Below are positions 23,601-34,286 of a DNA stretch of 63,847 nt, one piece after another. Numbering within the stretch: position 1 is the stretch's first letter; every line of letters begins with the position of its first letter. The stretch is taken from NCBI GenBank assembly GCA_001949185.1, contig BDGG01000002.1, positions 7,492,448 through 7,556,294 on the forward strand. The letters run 5' to 3'. The position numbers and the translations under genes were made by a program. Below the pieces are notes generated by a model. The model did not search any database and was not told the DNA's origin. It was given only the letters and a program-made list of their open reading frames with translations. This DNA comes from Ramazzottius varieornatus. Its lineage: Eukaryota > Animalia > Tardigrada.

Positions 23601-24121
23601 CAACAAGGCGTATCCGGAAGATAAAGGTTCTAGTTCCTAGCGTTGTCGTTTCGCCCCAAATATTCCTCCAATGTATCCCTCTCGTCAATAACTTCCCACT
23701 TGGAGTATGTGTCGACGAAGTACAGATTGAACAGTTGTGTTCCGGTAGAATGGTGGCTCCGTCACGGGGTTGTGGGATTGGTCAGTCGTGCTGTTCATAC
23801 TTGCCGGAACTTCCGGTGGCGCAACCGCCAACGACCACAACTCCAGTTTACATAACAACGGCGAGTCCTGCAGCATTGGCAGTAACCGACAACGCTGATC
23901 CCCTAGACTACGAAGACGTCCACAAGGAAATTCCGTGGCGGTCCTTGAGGTTCCTAACAACAACATCAGTTCCCTCTGTGCTTCAGACTTGTACTTCCGC
24001 TTCCAGCGGAGTTCTGGGCGTTTGCATCAACGAGATGATAGCCATGAGTGACTGCGTTGGAAAGATGATCGAGATTTCCAGCCAATGCAACCCGACACAG
24101 CTTTGCTGTTCAAACTTTTGA
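20663..24121 (+). CDS. Probably secreted protein with Pro/Tyr-rich N-terminus and nine 6-Cys modules separated by Thr/Ser-rich linkers; exons ~20663-21338, 21547-22203, 22296-24121
   Basis: Nine repeats of C-x(6-11)-G-x-C-[VI]-x8-C-x(9-10)-C-x5-CC; GT-AG introns keep frame; REKR dibasic site after a signal-like segment. Confidence 0.75.
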
Positions 24122-24582
24122 GGGACATTGTTTCTTGTGCTTTCTTGCTACGTTTTCATTGATATAATACTTTTGCCTACTGATCTTAGTCACCAAAAGA
24201 GTAGAAAAAGTAAACCGTCAACATGGGGGGCAATCCCAGACGTTCCGCAGAACCCATAGCAGTCACAGAAACTCACAGTGGAAAGAAGTGCGTTCACAGC
24301 TATATAACGGAAGTAAAAAAGTCATCGAAGTGTTAAAACATTAGTTTAGTAGTAAATAAGGGAATGAACAGTTTGATTATTGAGCAATCGAGTTGAGAAC
24401 TCCAGCAGCGAGAGCAAAAAGGTTACATTTCGTCTTCTGGCAACAACGAAGTATCCAAGGACGTATCATTCACCGTCGCCGAAACCTCGGGGAGCTCCTC
24501 ATCCATGGTCTCATCGTTTCCCAGTTATATCTACATAAGTACATGGGAAACTCTTAAGAACTCAAAGGAAGACGAAATGTTA

Positions 24583-25281
24583 TTATGGCAGAGTTCCTAA
24601 AATACTTCTCGATGTCAAGAGAACCTCCCATTGAGTACGTCGTTCTCGAGTCGTTTCGGCGGACTTTGTAGCTGCATATTCGTCCACCGTTTTCCTTAAC
24701 TTCACCATTAAGTTCTCCCCCTCCGAGAAGGTCTTCGGATCGTCACTGTTGGCCACACCAACTTCCGGTTCCTCCATCGACCGCACAAAGTCCTTCACGA
24801 ATTTTACACCCTGTTCGTGCGCTCTGAGGGTCTCCATATCTTCCAACGCTTTCACTAATGTATCGTGAATAATTAACACTTCCCTTCGTGTCAAGCCTCC
24901 TTCGTCTTCCATCTGGCAGGCATCCTGGAGCAACTTTTCCAGCGCCTCCAAATAAGTTTCGCTAACAGTCAAGCACGTGCGTACTTCCTTGTGTAGTGTC
25001 TGTAACAGCTCCGCGCATGCCTCTGCGCCGTAACGTTCTAACAAGGGCTTCAAGTTGTACAGGTCCTGTATGCTACCGTCAGATGAAACCTCCGGGAAAA
25101 GGCTAGCTGGCTTAGTCGGAAGAACATCAAAGGTCTTCAGCAGACTATCCTCGACCTGGGTGGTCGCTTTGACAAAGATGTCGTATTTCTGTTTCTTGGC
25201 TCTGGCGACGCCATCGGAGGTCGGAGTGGCGTTCAGAGCCGAAACCGAAGTGGAAGGTAACGATGATATGCTGTCATTCAT
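24583..25281 (-). CDS. Hypothetical helical/acidic protein; ends uncertain
   Basis: 232-aa ORF with protein-like composition; no family recognised. Confidence 0.5.
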   Translation of the reverse strand: MNDSISSLPSTSVSALNATPTSDGVARAKKQKYDIFVKATTQVEDSLLKTFDVLPTKPASLFPEVSSDGSIQDLYNLKPLLERYGAEACAELLQTLHKEVRTCLTVSETYLEALEKLLQDACQMEDEGGLTRREVLIIHDTLVKALEDMETLRAHEQGVKFVKDFVRSMEEPEVGVANSDDPKTFSEGENLMVKLRKTVDEYAATKSAETTRERRTQWEVLLTSRSILGTLP

Positions 25282-26013
25282 GGTTCTGGCGGTCGAAGAG
25301 GGCCTTAATGCTTGTATTCAACCGCAGAACCAAAAGTCTGGCGATACAGCGCCTTTGGCTCACTTCCGGTTGCGCTTCGCTAACTGCTGAATGCTAGATC
25401 GGTACATTCTTCCGCAGCGCACGTAGTTTCCAATGGACACAGAAGTTGACAGAGGCCTCTGATTTATCTTCCTTGCTTCCGCTGCGAACAAGGAAGAGTG
25501 TCAATCCGAATCCACACAACGTGAGAACGAAGAACAATGTTAGCACTTACCTTTTCTCCTCGGACGTGATCAGCCGCGGCAGCTTTCCTTCGAGGAAGAA
25601 AACCTTACCAGCACGAAACCCTCATACAGAGCAGGCCCAGTCTATGTGTTACAGCGGTTCGGGGGAGGTGAAGATCGCCGAGATCTTACTTGTGGCAGGC
25701 GGAAGTTTTGCATGCAGTTAAAACGTGGAAGTTGGAAAGCGAAGATTTCGAGCGAAACACTGATGAGCTGATGTACCTTGCCTTGCCGGAGATTGGGACA
25801 CAGGCTGAAGCGATTGATTGAGTGTGTTCTACGAATGTCGAGGCGGAGCGAATATGTGTCACGTCAACGACTACGCAACCAAATGAATGAATGGATAACA
25901 TTAATTGAACAACCCTCCGTCGGACTCTCACGAGTAAGCCATTACACCGCGAAGCATTTTTCGAACGTTTTAGAGCTCCAAAATTGGAGAATAATGTCTT
26001 CCGCGATGCTGCT

Positions 26014-26247
26014 TATAGAAGGCACGGCGTAGCTAAGATAACCCGCTTCGGCCGTTCTTAGCCACGACTAGAATGTGCTGTGCGTTCGAATGATTTATTG
26101 ATGTCCAAACAATTTTACTCGACTCAACATCAATAAATCAATCGAACGCACAATACATTTTAGCTGCTTTAGCCGCGGCTAAAATATTTATAGCTACGGC
26201 TAAGAACGGCTAAAACGGCTTATTTTAGCTTCTCCGAGCCTTCTGTA
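26014..26247. mobile_element. MITE with ~55-bp imperfect TIRs and TA flanks (Tc1/mariner-like)
   Basis: ta-tagaaggcacggcgtagctaagataacccgcttcggccgttcttagcc versus reverse complement of right end ta-cagaaggctcggagaagctaaaataagccgttttagccgttcttagcc. Confidence 0.75.
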
Positions 26248-26644
26248 ATGCTGATTAGGGTATTTCTGCAGTTTATGGTTAGTAGAAAGTCAACTCATGA
26301 CTTGATTCCCCAACCTTCGGCGTAGACACTGATGGGCGTTCTTCACTTATCGGGTGCTATCTACGGCGATGGGTGAGTCAGCCCGCATTTTGGCACGCTG
26401 TTTTGCAAACGGCGAGGTACTGCAGCTTTACAGTGGAGCGAAAACAAAACAAATCACCTTTTTCAATCAACCGTAGTCTGCCGACTTCTCGCTCGGGTGA
26501 GACCGTGGGACTCGGCAAGAGTATCGCAATGTCGCTGAGGTTCAATTAAATAATCTGGACCTCTGGCTTCCTTTCCCTCGCTAATCGCTGGGGTCTCACG
26601 AATTACCGTCAATCTACGTCGTTCAATCAACGTTCGTCGAAGCA

Positions 26645-28442
26645 ATGGCTAACAAGTCCGCTGCGGAAGGAGAGTCCTTGGTGAAAGAAGCGGAGAAAAG
26701 GTGCGGTTGTTTTAGCCTGTTTGCCGTTATGTAATATGCACGACGAAGCCATGTAACCCGTCTAACGATCTCTGTTTTTCCTGTTATAGTTTGAAAACTG
26801 GGTTGATGAAATGGAATGCCGACTTCGACGAAGCAGCTTCGTGTTACGCGAAAGCGGGTAAGTTGCCGATTAGGATGTGTGTGCCTATATACCATAAGCT
26901 AGATTGAGCTCACTTCACTTCCGGCCAGTCTTAGAGCAGCAGCTGTCCTCCTCTTTGCAGCAACAGCGTTCAAGAATGCGAAAGACGCTGGCAGAAGCCT
27001 GGACTGTTTCGTCAGGGCTGGAGAATGTCATATAAAGAATAAAGTGTAAGTCCTCGCTTACCGATTCTGCCACAGTTCGTCAGCATGGTGGTTATAGCTA
27101 ATCTCTTTGATATGCTTGCAGACCGTTCCAAGCGGCGAAGTAAGTTTGTATGAAGCGATGGACTCAATGTGACTGACGAAGGTACAGTCTGATGGGTTTC
27201 CTGTAGAGCATTCGAGCAAGGAGCCTTCGCCGCGAAAGAAACAGGGAACTTCCAGAAAGCTTCGGAATTGCTGAATCGGGCGTATTCAATATACGTGGAG
27301 ACCGGAAATCAGGACACTGGTGGTATGATGCTCGAGCGAGGAGCAAAGTAAGCTTGAGACTTCTATCGCATCCTCATTACCCCGATGATGCTTTTATTTT
27401 GTCGTTTTAGAATGCTGGAAGATGGGCTTCCGGAACAAGCCGTAGTACTGTACCGCAAAGCCGCGGACCTCGCACAGGTTCATGACAAACCGCAGACTGC
27501 TTCCGACATGTTCGACCGAGCTGTGCGCGTTCTCATTAAAGCAGAAAAGTAAGTTAAAGGAATCTTTCATAAGCCATTGTGTACCTGTGGTAGTACCATT
27601 TAGTCGTTCAGGTACAACGATGCGTCGAAGCTCTTGGATGAACTGATCCAGCACGAGCTACAGTCACCGTCTCCGGCAGCTCGTCGGTTTGTTCTCTACT
27701 CGCTGCTAGTTCACCTCAAGCGAGATGACTTCGCCGCAGCCAAGAACGTCCTGCAAGAAGGCCTATCGTAAGAACTGTTTCCTTTATATCGGTTTTCGCC
27801 TTCGATTTTGCGATTAAATAGATGACTGTAGGCTTCCGGACTTCAACGGTTCCTCGGACCTCAGCGTCGCCCAGCGTCTACTACAGGCTTACGACGACTA
27901 CGACCGCGAGGCATTCAAGGCTATAACCGGTGGATCGTTCATAAAGCAGATGGACCCTGTGGTACGTCAATCCGATAAGAATTCGACTAATACTGTACAG
28001 TCAAGTCTCAATGCACAAACGATCTTCTTACTTTATCCTGAAGTTCCATTTGAGTTTTCTGAAATGCTCGCTATTCAGCTCTTGTTTATTGCAGTACGCT
28101 CGTTTGGCTCGCAGTTTGGACGTGCCGGAAGGGGAAGACTTGTCTAACGTGCAGCGACCTCAGACAACGACGCATACGAGCACTACGATGCGAGCAACTC
28201 CCGAACCTGGTCGATCATCAACGACTCTCGAGAATCGAACCGTCACCGCGAAGACTGAGGACGTACGAGCGCCGTCGTCGGAAGCGGAAGTACCAAAGCC
28301 GAAGACTTTTGCTGAGGAGGATGAAGACGCTGCTTCAAAGGTGAAACCACCAGTTCAGCCAGTCAAGCCCGCAGTTCTTCCCGCTGTGGAAAGTCCTACA
28401 GAACATAGCACTAACGTTGAAGATGAGGAGGACCTTACATAA
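26645..28442 (+). CDS. NAPG: Gamma-soluble NSF attachment protein, ~9 exons including an 18-nt microexon (27122-27139)
   Basis: AEK|SLKTGLMKWNADFDEAASCYAKA|ATAFKNAK...PFQAAKAFEQ...LERGAK|MLE...LLQAYD...YARLARSL...EDEEDLT*. Confidence 0.9.
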
Positions 28443-28987
28443 TTCGGTTCGGATACTTATGTGCTGTTTAGTGATCTCGTTAGTCCGGTGATTTTGAAGT
28501 GAGCAGTAACGTGCTAGATGAATTTCTGAGGCTGCATACTGGTGTTAATGACAACACATTCGGCTTGTTCGAATATTTTGCATTCCGGAGTTTATTCGAA
28601 CGAGTATCTTGGCGCATAGCTTCGTGTGCTTGTCCCCTACAGTTTACTGCCTCATTTCGGTGACGTACCTGTTTCTGTTTACCCAAAGTTTACATCAGTC
28701 TACTTCCTAACAAGGAACTTGGACGGAAAGTAAAAAAAAATATCCTCGGATACGACGGACACGAAAAGAAACAAAGTCAAAAGGCACATGTACACTAAGA
28801 GCAGAAGCGGACTCACGACGAGCGAAAGTTCAGTCGCACAGTGCAAAATCAAAGCCGCTACACGAAACTACTAAGAAAACAAGTTTTCCATGCCACTGTT
28901 TCTGACAACTCGCGCGTAGAAAATTGTTCTTGTGTTAATGGAGTTGCACGTCCATGATGGCCTTAAGAGGAAAGACACTAAACTATG

Positions 28988-29839
28988 TCACAGAAGAGAA
29001 CGATATGTTCCAGTAACCAGTTTGAGATCGCGACTATTGGAGTCCTGACAGTCTCCACGTTCGACGGTAACCAGAGCTTGTTCCAGACGTTCCACGTCAG
29101 CATTGAGTCCTGCAAGCCGACCGAAGACGACGCCCCCAAAATCGTTGTCTTTGCTCTTGTCTGGAAACGATTTCCAGAGTGCAGCCCGGACGCCGATCAC
29201 AATACCGAGAATCTCAGAGAAATACAGAGACAGTTCCCCCGAAGTCATGCCGCAACAAGTCTTTCTTAACGGACATATCGGAGAGTAGCGCAGAAGACTT
29301 GGATCGGAAATCTTGCAGTCTTCGTTCCAGTCTTGATGATGAAGCGTTGAACGGAACCATATCAAGGTCGTACCCTAAACGACAAAGATCCAGAAACCGA
29401 CGCGAAGTTTCGGGGCAGGCTTTCCCACAAGGCAACAGCTGAAGTCTGCAGATCTTAGTTTCTTTGTGTCGACAATGCCATCGGGCAGTTCATCCGCGTG
29501 AAAGAAGTCGATGATCGCTTGAACACAGCCGTGAAGTAGTTTAGGATAGCCACCTTCGTCAGTGCTGGATCAGCCATCGGTCGTCGGTGGAAGATCGCGT
29601 AGAAGACGTCACTTCCGATCGCCAGGAAGATCTTAAAAGAAAACTATATTGTGATAACTAGGCTGCTCTTGCAACAGCAATCTCGACGAGGCTTACTTGT
29701 GAACCGAGATCGTCTGGACGATGCAGCCATTCTTGAATTCGAAGACGATGTCCGCAGGATAGAACGATGCTTCAACAGGTGTCCAGCGCGATCTTGCAGT
29801 GTCTTTGCTTCCCTGCCAGTCCCAGTCTCCAAACTTCAT
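28988..29839 (-). pseudogene. Frameshifted BTB/POZ-domain gene (BTBD3/6-like N-terminus) with a possible cyclophilin-like C-terminal remnant
   Basis: DWQ..., TLQDRAGHLL, DIVFEF...ISVHK|IFLAIGSDVFYAIF, IIDFFH.D spread over different frames; later CPETSRRFLDLC and VVFGRL. Confidence 0.6.
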
Positions 29840-30270
29840 TCTGCTGACCCTTCGCTCTAAAGACCTGTAAAGAGACCTGTAGTTCGTGATGTTTTCAAAG
29901 AGAAATCAGCCAAGGAACTTCCGAGTATCCTTTGACGCTGAGAATTGATCAATATCCGAGAATCGAGAGCCGGGAGAAAAATAGTGATCGATTTTCTTCT
30001 TTGTCAGATATCAGAAAAGGCGGATTCTTGAGTGATTGGTCCGATAACCCAGATCGTAACCGGACCGAGTATGCTGCCACCGAGCCGAACCGGGCAGAAC
30101 TATTAATATTATTTATTGTTCAAATGGAAAATCCAACGTTCTCCGTTTTACTGGCGCGTTTCCCACTAGTTTTGCGTATATTAAAAATACTCTACTTTGT
30201 CCTTCTGATCCTTTACTGTCTGTTCTTCTTGTTACTGGCACCCGGGACCACGAGCCCTGGAAGCGGAAGC

Positions 30271-32549
30271 ATGAACAGTGGGAGGAAGAAGCGATCTGGC
30301 GCGGACGAGTGCAGCTCTAGAGGTTAGCAAACAAAATCAACTGGATTTTCCGCAGCAACAGCTGACGGATGTGTGCTGCTGTACAGCTAAGGATATACTA
30401 TCCGTCCTTTTTGTTTTTGCTCTGAACTAACCGTTACTCTCGTAGCTTCCAAAGTCCTGCGTTCCAGTCCAGAAGACGAGAGCGAAATCATCTGCCTAGA
30501 CATCTCTTCCTCTCCGGAGCGTTCACCAGCTCCACCAAAGCGTTCTCTCCCTCCTGCTAAACTCGCACCCGAGAAGACCACCTCTGCTCCCGCAACAAAG
30601 GCTATTCAGAATAAGAAAGCTCCTCCTCGTGGTCGAGGTAAACCTGCACCAGTGATCCCAAAAGGGCCACCAGTTCAAACAAGCCTGAAAGACTTTTTCA
30701 AGTCCAGCAACCCCGTTGCAAAGTCCAACTCTACTGCAGCTGCCTTCGCTGAAGAAGACCGTATCGCCAAGCTACCTCCTCCACTCCGGAAGCGGAACAC
30801 TCACGGGAAGCCTACGAGTACCAGCAAGTCCACGACGCAGGTTGTGGAAAATCGACTGACGAAACTAACTGTCAAGACTGAAGTCGTGCAGACTTCTTCA
30901 GCTTTCGAAATCAAGACTGAAGTAAGAGAAGAATCGGACGTGGTGACCAGCGTAGAAGAAGCTCTAGACCTCATTGCTGCAAGCAGCCAACCACTAGAGG
31001 ATGTTTCGAGAAATGACGAAGACGATATCAAGCCTTCGGTCTTCAAGGCAGAGTTTCCAGGCGAGGATGACGACAGTTCAGGTGACGAATTTCTCTCAAA
31101 CATTCCCGACGACATGCTCTCACTCGACGGACCAAGTACCTCCACATTCTCTCTCCCACCAGCCGTTCTCCAGCACAAGACTGACGTTAGGAATCCCCCA
31201 CGAACGATGGGACAATTCCGCAACAAAAGTGGTCGTCAGTGTCCTTTCTACAAGATTATGCCTTCCACTCCCTTCACCGTCGACGCCTTCAACTTCGGCT
31301 ATGTTCCTAACTGCACTGCCTATTTCCTCAGTCACTTCCATTCTGATCATTACGGTGGGATGACCAAAGAGTTCGCTAAGCCGATTTACTGTAGTCGTAT
31401 AACGGCTAATCTAATCAGAGAGAAGATTGGGGTGGATTCGTACTGGATCAACGAGATCACGATGAACCAGCCGACCATCATCGATGGAACTGAGCTGACG
31501 TTGCTGGATGCTAATCACTGTCCGGGCTCGGTGTTGTTTCTTTTCAGGTTCAAAGATGGACGGGCGTATCTTCATACGGGTGACTTCCGGGCAGATCCGT
31601 CCGTCTTGGGGAACGATCCGATTCTCCTTGGTCTGAGAGAGATTTCCAAGCTGTATTTGGACACAACCTACCTCGATCCTTACTACGAGTTCGAGTCACA
31701 GGAAGCCACGGTGGACATTGCTGCCGAGTTCGCGCAGCAGATGGTCAGAAAGAATCCGAAAACATTGATCTGTTGCGGAACGTACTCAGGTAAGCATTCA
31801 CCAGTATGTCGGTTATTCCCGCATACTAGGTCATCCTGTAATACCGTATCCACAGTGACGCCCTGTGCCAAAGCGAGAAATTGGTGTGAGGCACGGCCCT
31901 GAGACACCCAGCCTTATGCGCACAGGGCCGTGCTCAGTAATATGATTCTCGAAAAATGAACTGGGCCGGGGCAACTCTGGTTTTAGTTTGCAGTCTACCT
32001 TCAAATGTTTGTGTTGTAGTTGGAAAGGAAAAGATCTTCATGAGAATAGCCAAAGTCCTGAACTCGAAAGTGGCGATCACGGCGTACAAGGCTCGCTTGC
32101 TGAAATGCTTCGAATGGAAAGAGTTTGACGACTTGTTGACCAGTGACTGGAACGCTGCTCAAGTCCACGTCTTGCCCATGCAAGCGTTGAACTTTCCGAG
32201 CCTCCATGAGCATTTGGAGAAGTTCAAGAACTTCGACTCGATTTTAGCAGTAACGCCGAGCGGGTGGCAGTTCGACAGGAAGAACCTGTCGCTAAAAAAC
32301 ATCAAGCCTAAAGTCCAAGGTGCCGTGACCATGATAGGTATTCCGTATTCGGAACACTCGTCGTTCAGAGAGCTCGAATGGTTTGTCCGCTTCATCAGGC
32401 CGAAAGAAGTGATACCGACAGTCAATGTGGGGAACCCGAAACGCAGGAAGGAAATGGAAAAGATTATCAAGTCGTGGCTTGATCCGAACTACAAAGCGCC
32501 TGTTGTAAAGAAGCAGAACTTGATTACGGGATTTCTGAACCAGTCCTAA
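30271..32549 (+). CDS. DCLRE1A: DNA cross-link repair 1A (SNM1A/Pso2) metallo-beta-lactamase/beta-CASP nuclease; exons ~30271-30322, 30446-31789, 32000-32549
   Basis: CPFYK...FTVDAF, FLSHFHSDHYGG, DANHCPGS, LHTGDFRA, LYLDTTY, GKEK, PYSEHSSF.EL..FV, IPTVNVG. Confidence 0.95.
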
Positions 32550-33167
32550 TAACTTGGCTCTTGCCGTCGGGCTTCTCGGCTTGGATGCAGTGTAGCGGAG
32601 ACGGTAGTGTTTCCTTATCAGTCTTGTTTGACTTCTCCTATCCTCTTTAACCGAAATGTGTTTTGTTGTACGGACCAGAACTGCACTGAACAACTATCCG
32701 TGCGAAGCTGACTTCCGGGGTCCGCGCCCCAGTGGACATTAGCTAACCAGCCGGTGGGTACTTTATCAACAACAGAGATATCTACGGTCCGCCACCTCTT
32801 TGTTTTACCGTCTGTTACTTTCTACGCTTCACCTGACATTATTGGCATTAATTATGGTCATGCCCATATTGGTCATTAGGTCAACAGCTACAGTAAAACA
32901 ACCGACAATTAGAACCTCCAAACATCATTCAGACGGCACACAGAGGAAGTACGTATTGATCGCTTTCCTGATTTTGCGTCTTGACCATATTTTCTGTCAT
33001 CGCTGGTTTCGCGCGCCGTTTGATGCACGTTGGCAGCCCGAAATTATCGGTTCGATCCAACCTCTTCTTGGGCAGGTCGATACGTCAGATCTGAGTGAAG
33101 ACATCGCAGCGAAAGCCAGAGGCGATCGCTTCGGATGGTTGCATCAAGTTAGTAAACCACTTCCGGC

Positions 33168-34223
33168 ATGTGCCGGTACGCGAATGTTCTCTTCCCATTA
33201 TGGCTTTCTGTAATCCACCTATCCCTTTGTGTGTACGGGACCAAATTTGAAGACTTCAAAGATGATCACGGTTTGCGACGCAAGCTTGTACTGCGCGACG
33301 GTACAACAAAACCTGCCTGGAAGAAGTTCGGTCAGGGCGCTGTACCCACAAAATGGGCAAACGCCACAATCTATTACCGGTACTCGGAAAGCTTTTCAGG
33401 TTGGTCGCCAAATCCAAAAGATTCATCTGATATCGAGGTACCCACCTTGATCTGCGTTCTCCGTTTTCTTTCAGCGGAACAGAGAACCACTATAAACCAC
33501 GTACTCGGTATCGTTCAAAACGCGTCGTGTGTGCAGTTCGTGGAGAGAACGTTAGAAAAGAACTACACACTGTTCAGTCCCGGACCAACGTAAGTACTTT
33601 TTCCCAAAAGCAGTTTCCTTACTACAGCACTAACTAGCCGATCGCAGTGATTCCTTCCAGTTGTGCCTCCCATGTCGGGATGCAAGGTGGTCGCCAGACA
33701 GTCTTCCTCGCTAAAGGATGCTTTACTACTGCTCGGATCGCGCGACAGGTTCTACATCTACTAGGCTTCCACGCCGAACTCAACAGACCAGATCGCGATG
33801 CCTATATCGACGTAAACTGGTCAAACATAAAACCGGGTACGTGACATCAAAAGCTCAAGTCTGCCAGTCAAAGATCAATAAAACACTTGATAACATTTCA
33901 CAAAATAGAACTACCTCGTCCACACCAAGCTCGACAAGTTTACCTGCGCATATTTTGTACTCTGTTGATTTATCCATTTTGCAGGAATGATGCGAGCGTT
34001 TTACCGGTATCCAGAGGAGTCGCACCTAACGCTGAATTTACCATTCGATTTCCATTCGGTGTCCTTCTTCGACAACACGAGGGATTACGGCCTTGATTCG
34101 TCCAAGTGGATCGTTCGCTCCAACAACTCTTCGGTGATGACGCTTGGAAACGAGAACGGCTTCAGCGTACTGGACCTACGGAAGATCAATAAAGTTTATT
34201 GTGATAGACTTAGAAGCACCTGA
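33168..34223 (+). CDS. Secreted astacin-family (M12A) homologue with degenerate zinc site
   Basis: Signal peptide, KW.NATIYY, SCVQFVER, C.SHVGMQGGRQTVFLAKGC, LHLLGF..E.NRPDRDAYI.VNWSNI, GFSVLDLRKINKVYC. Confidence 0.85.
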
Positions 34224-34286
34224 AAACAGAGAGAATCACTTCGCGTTGATACTCCTAAGTACCTTTCCTGGTTCGGTCCCCTGGAG

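Noticed and set aside
25400-26010. Several short overlapping ORFs
   Set aside because: No consistent exon model or recognisable motif.
31891-31933. GCACGGCCCTG-21 nt-CAGGGCCGTGC hairpin in the DCLRE1A intron
   Set aside because: A real inverted repeat, but arm sequence and spacer differ from the GGCGCAC family and only one copy is seen.
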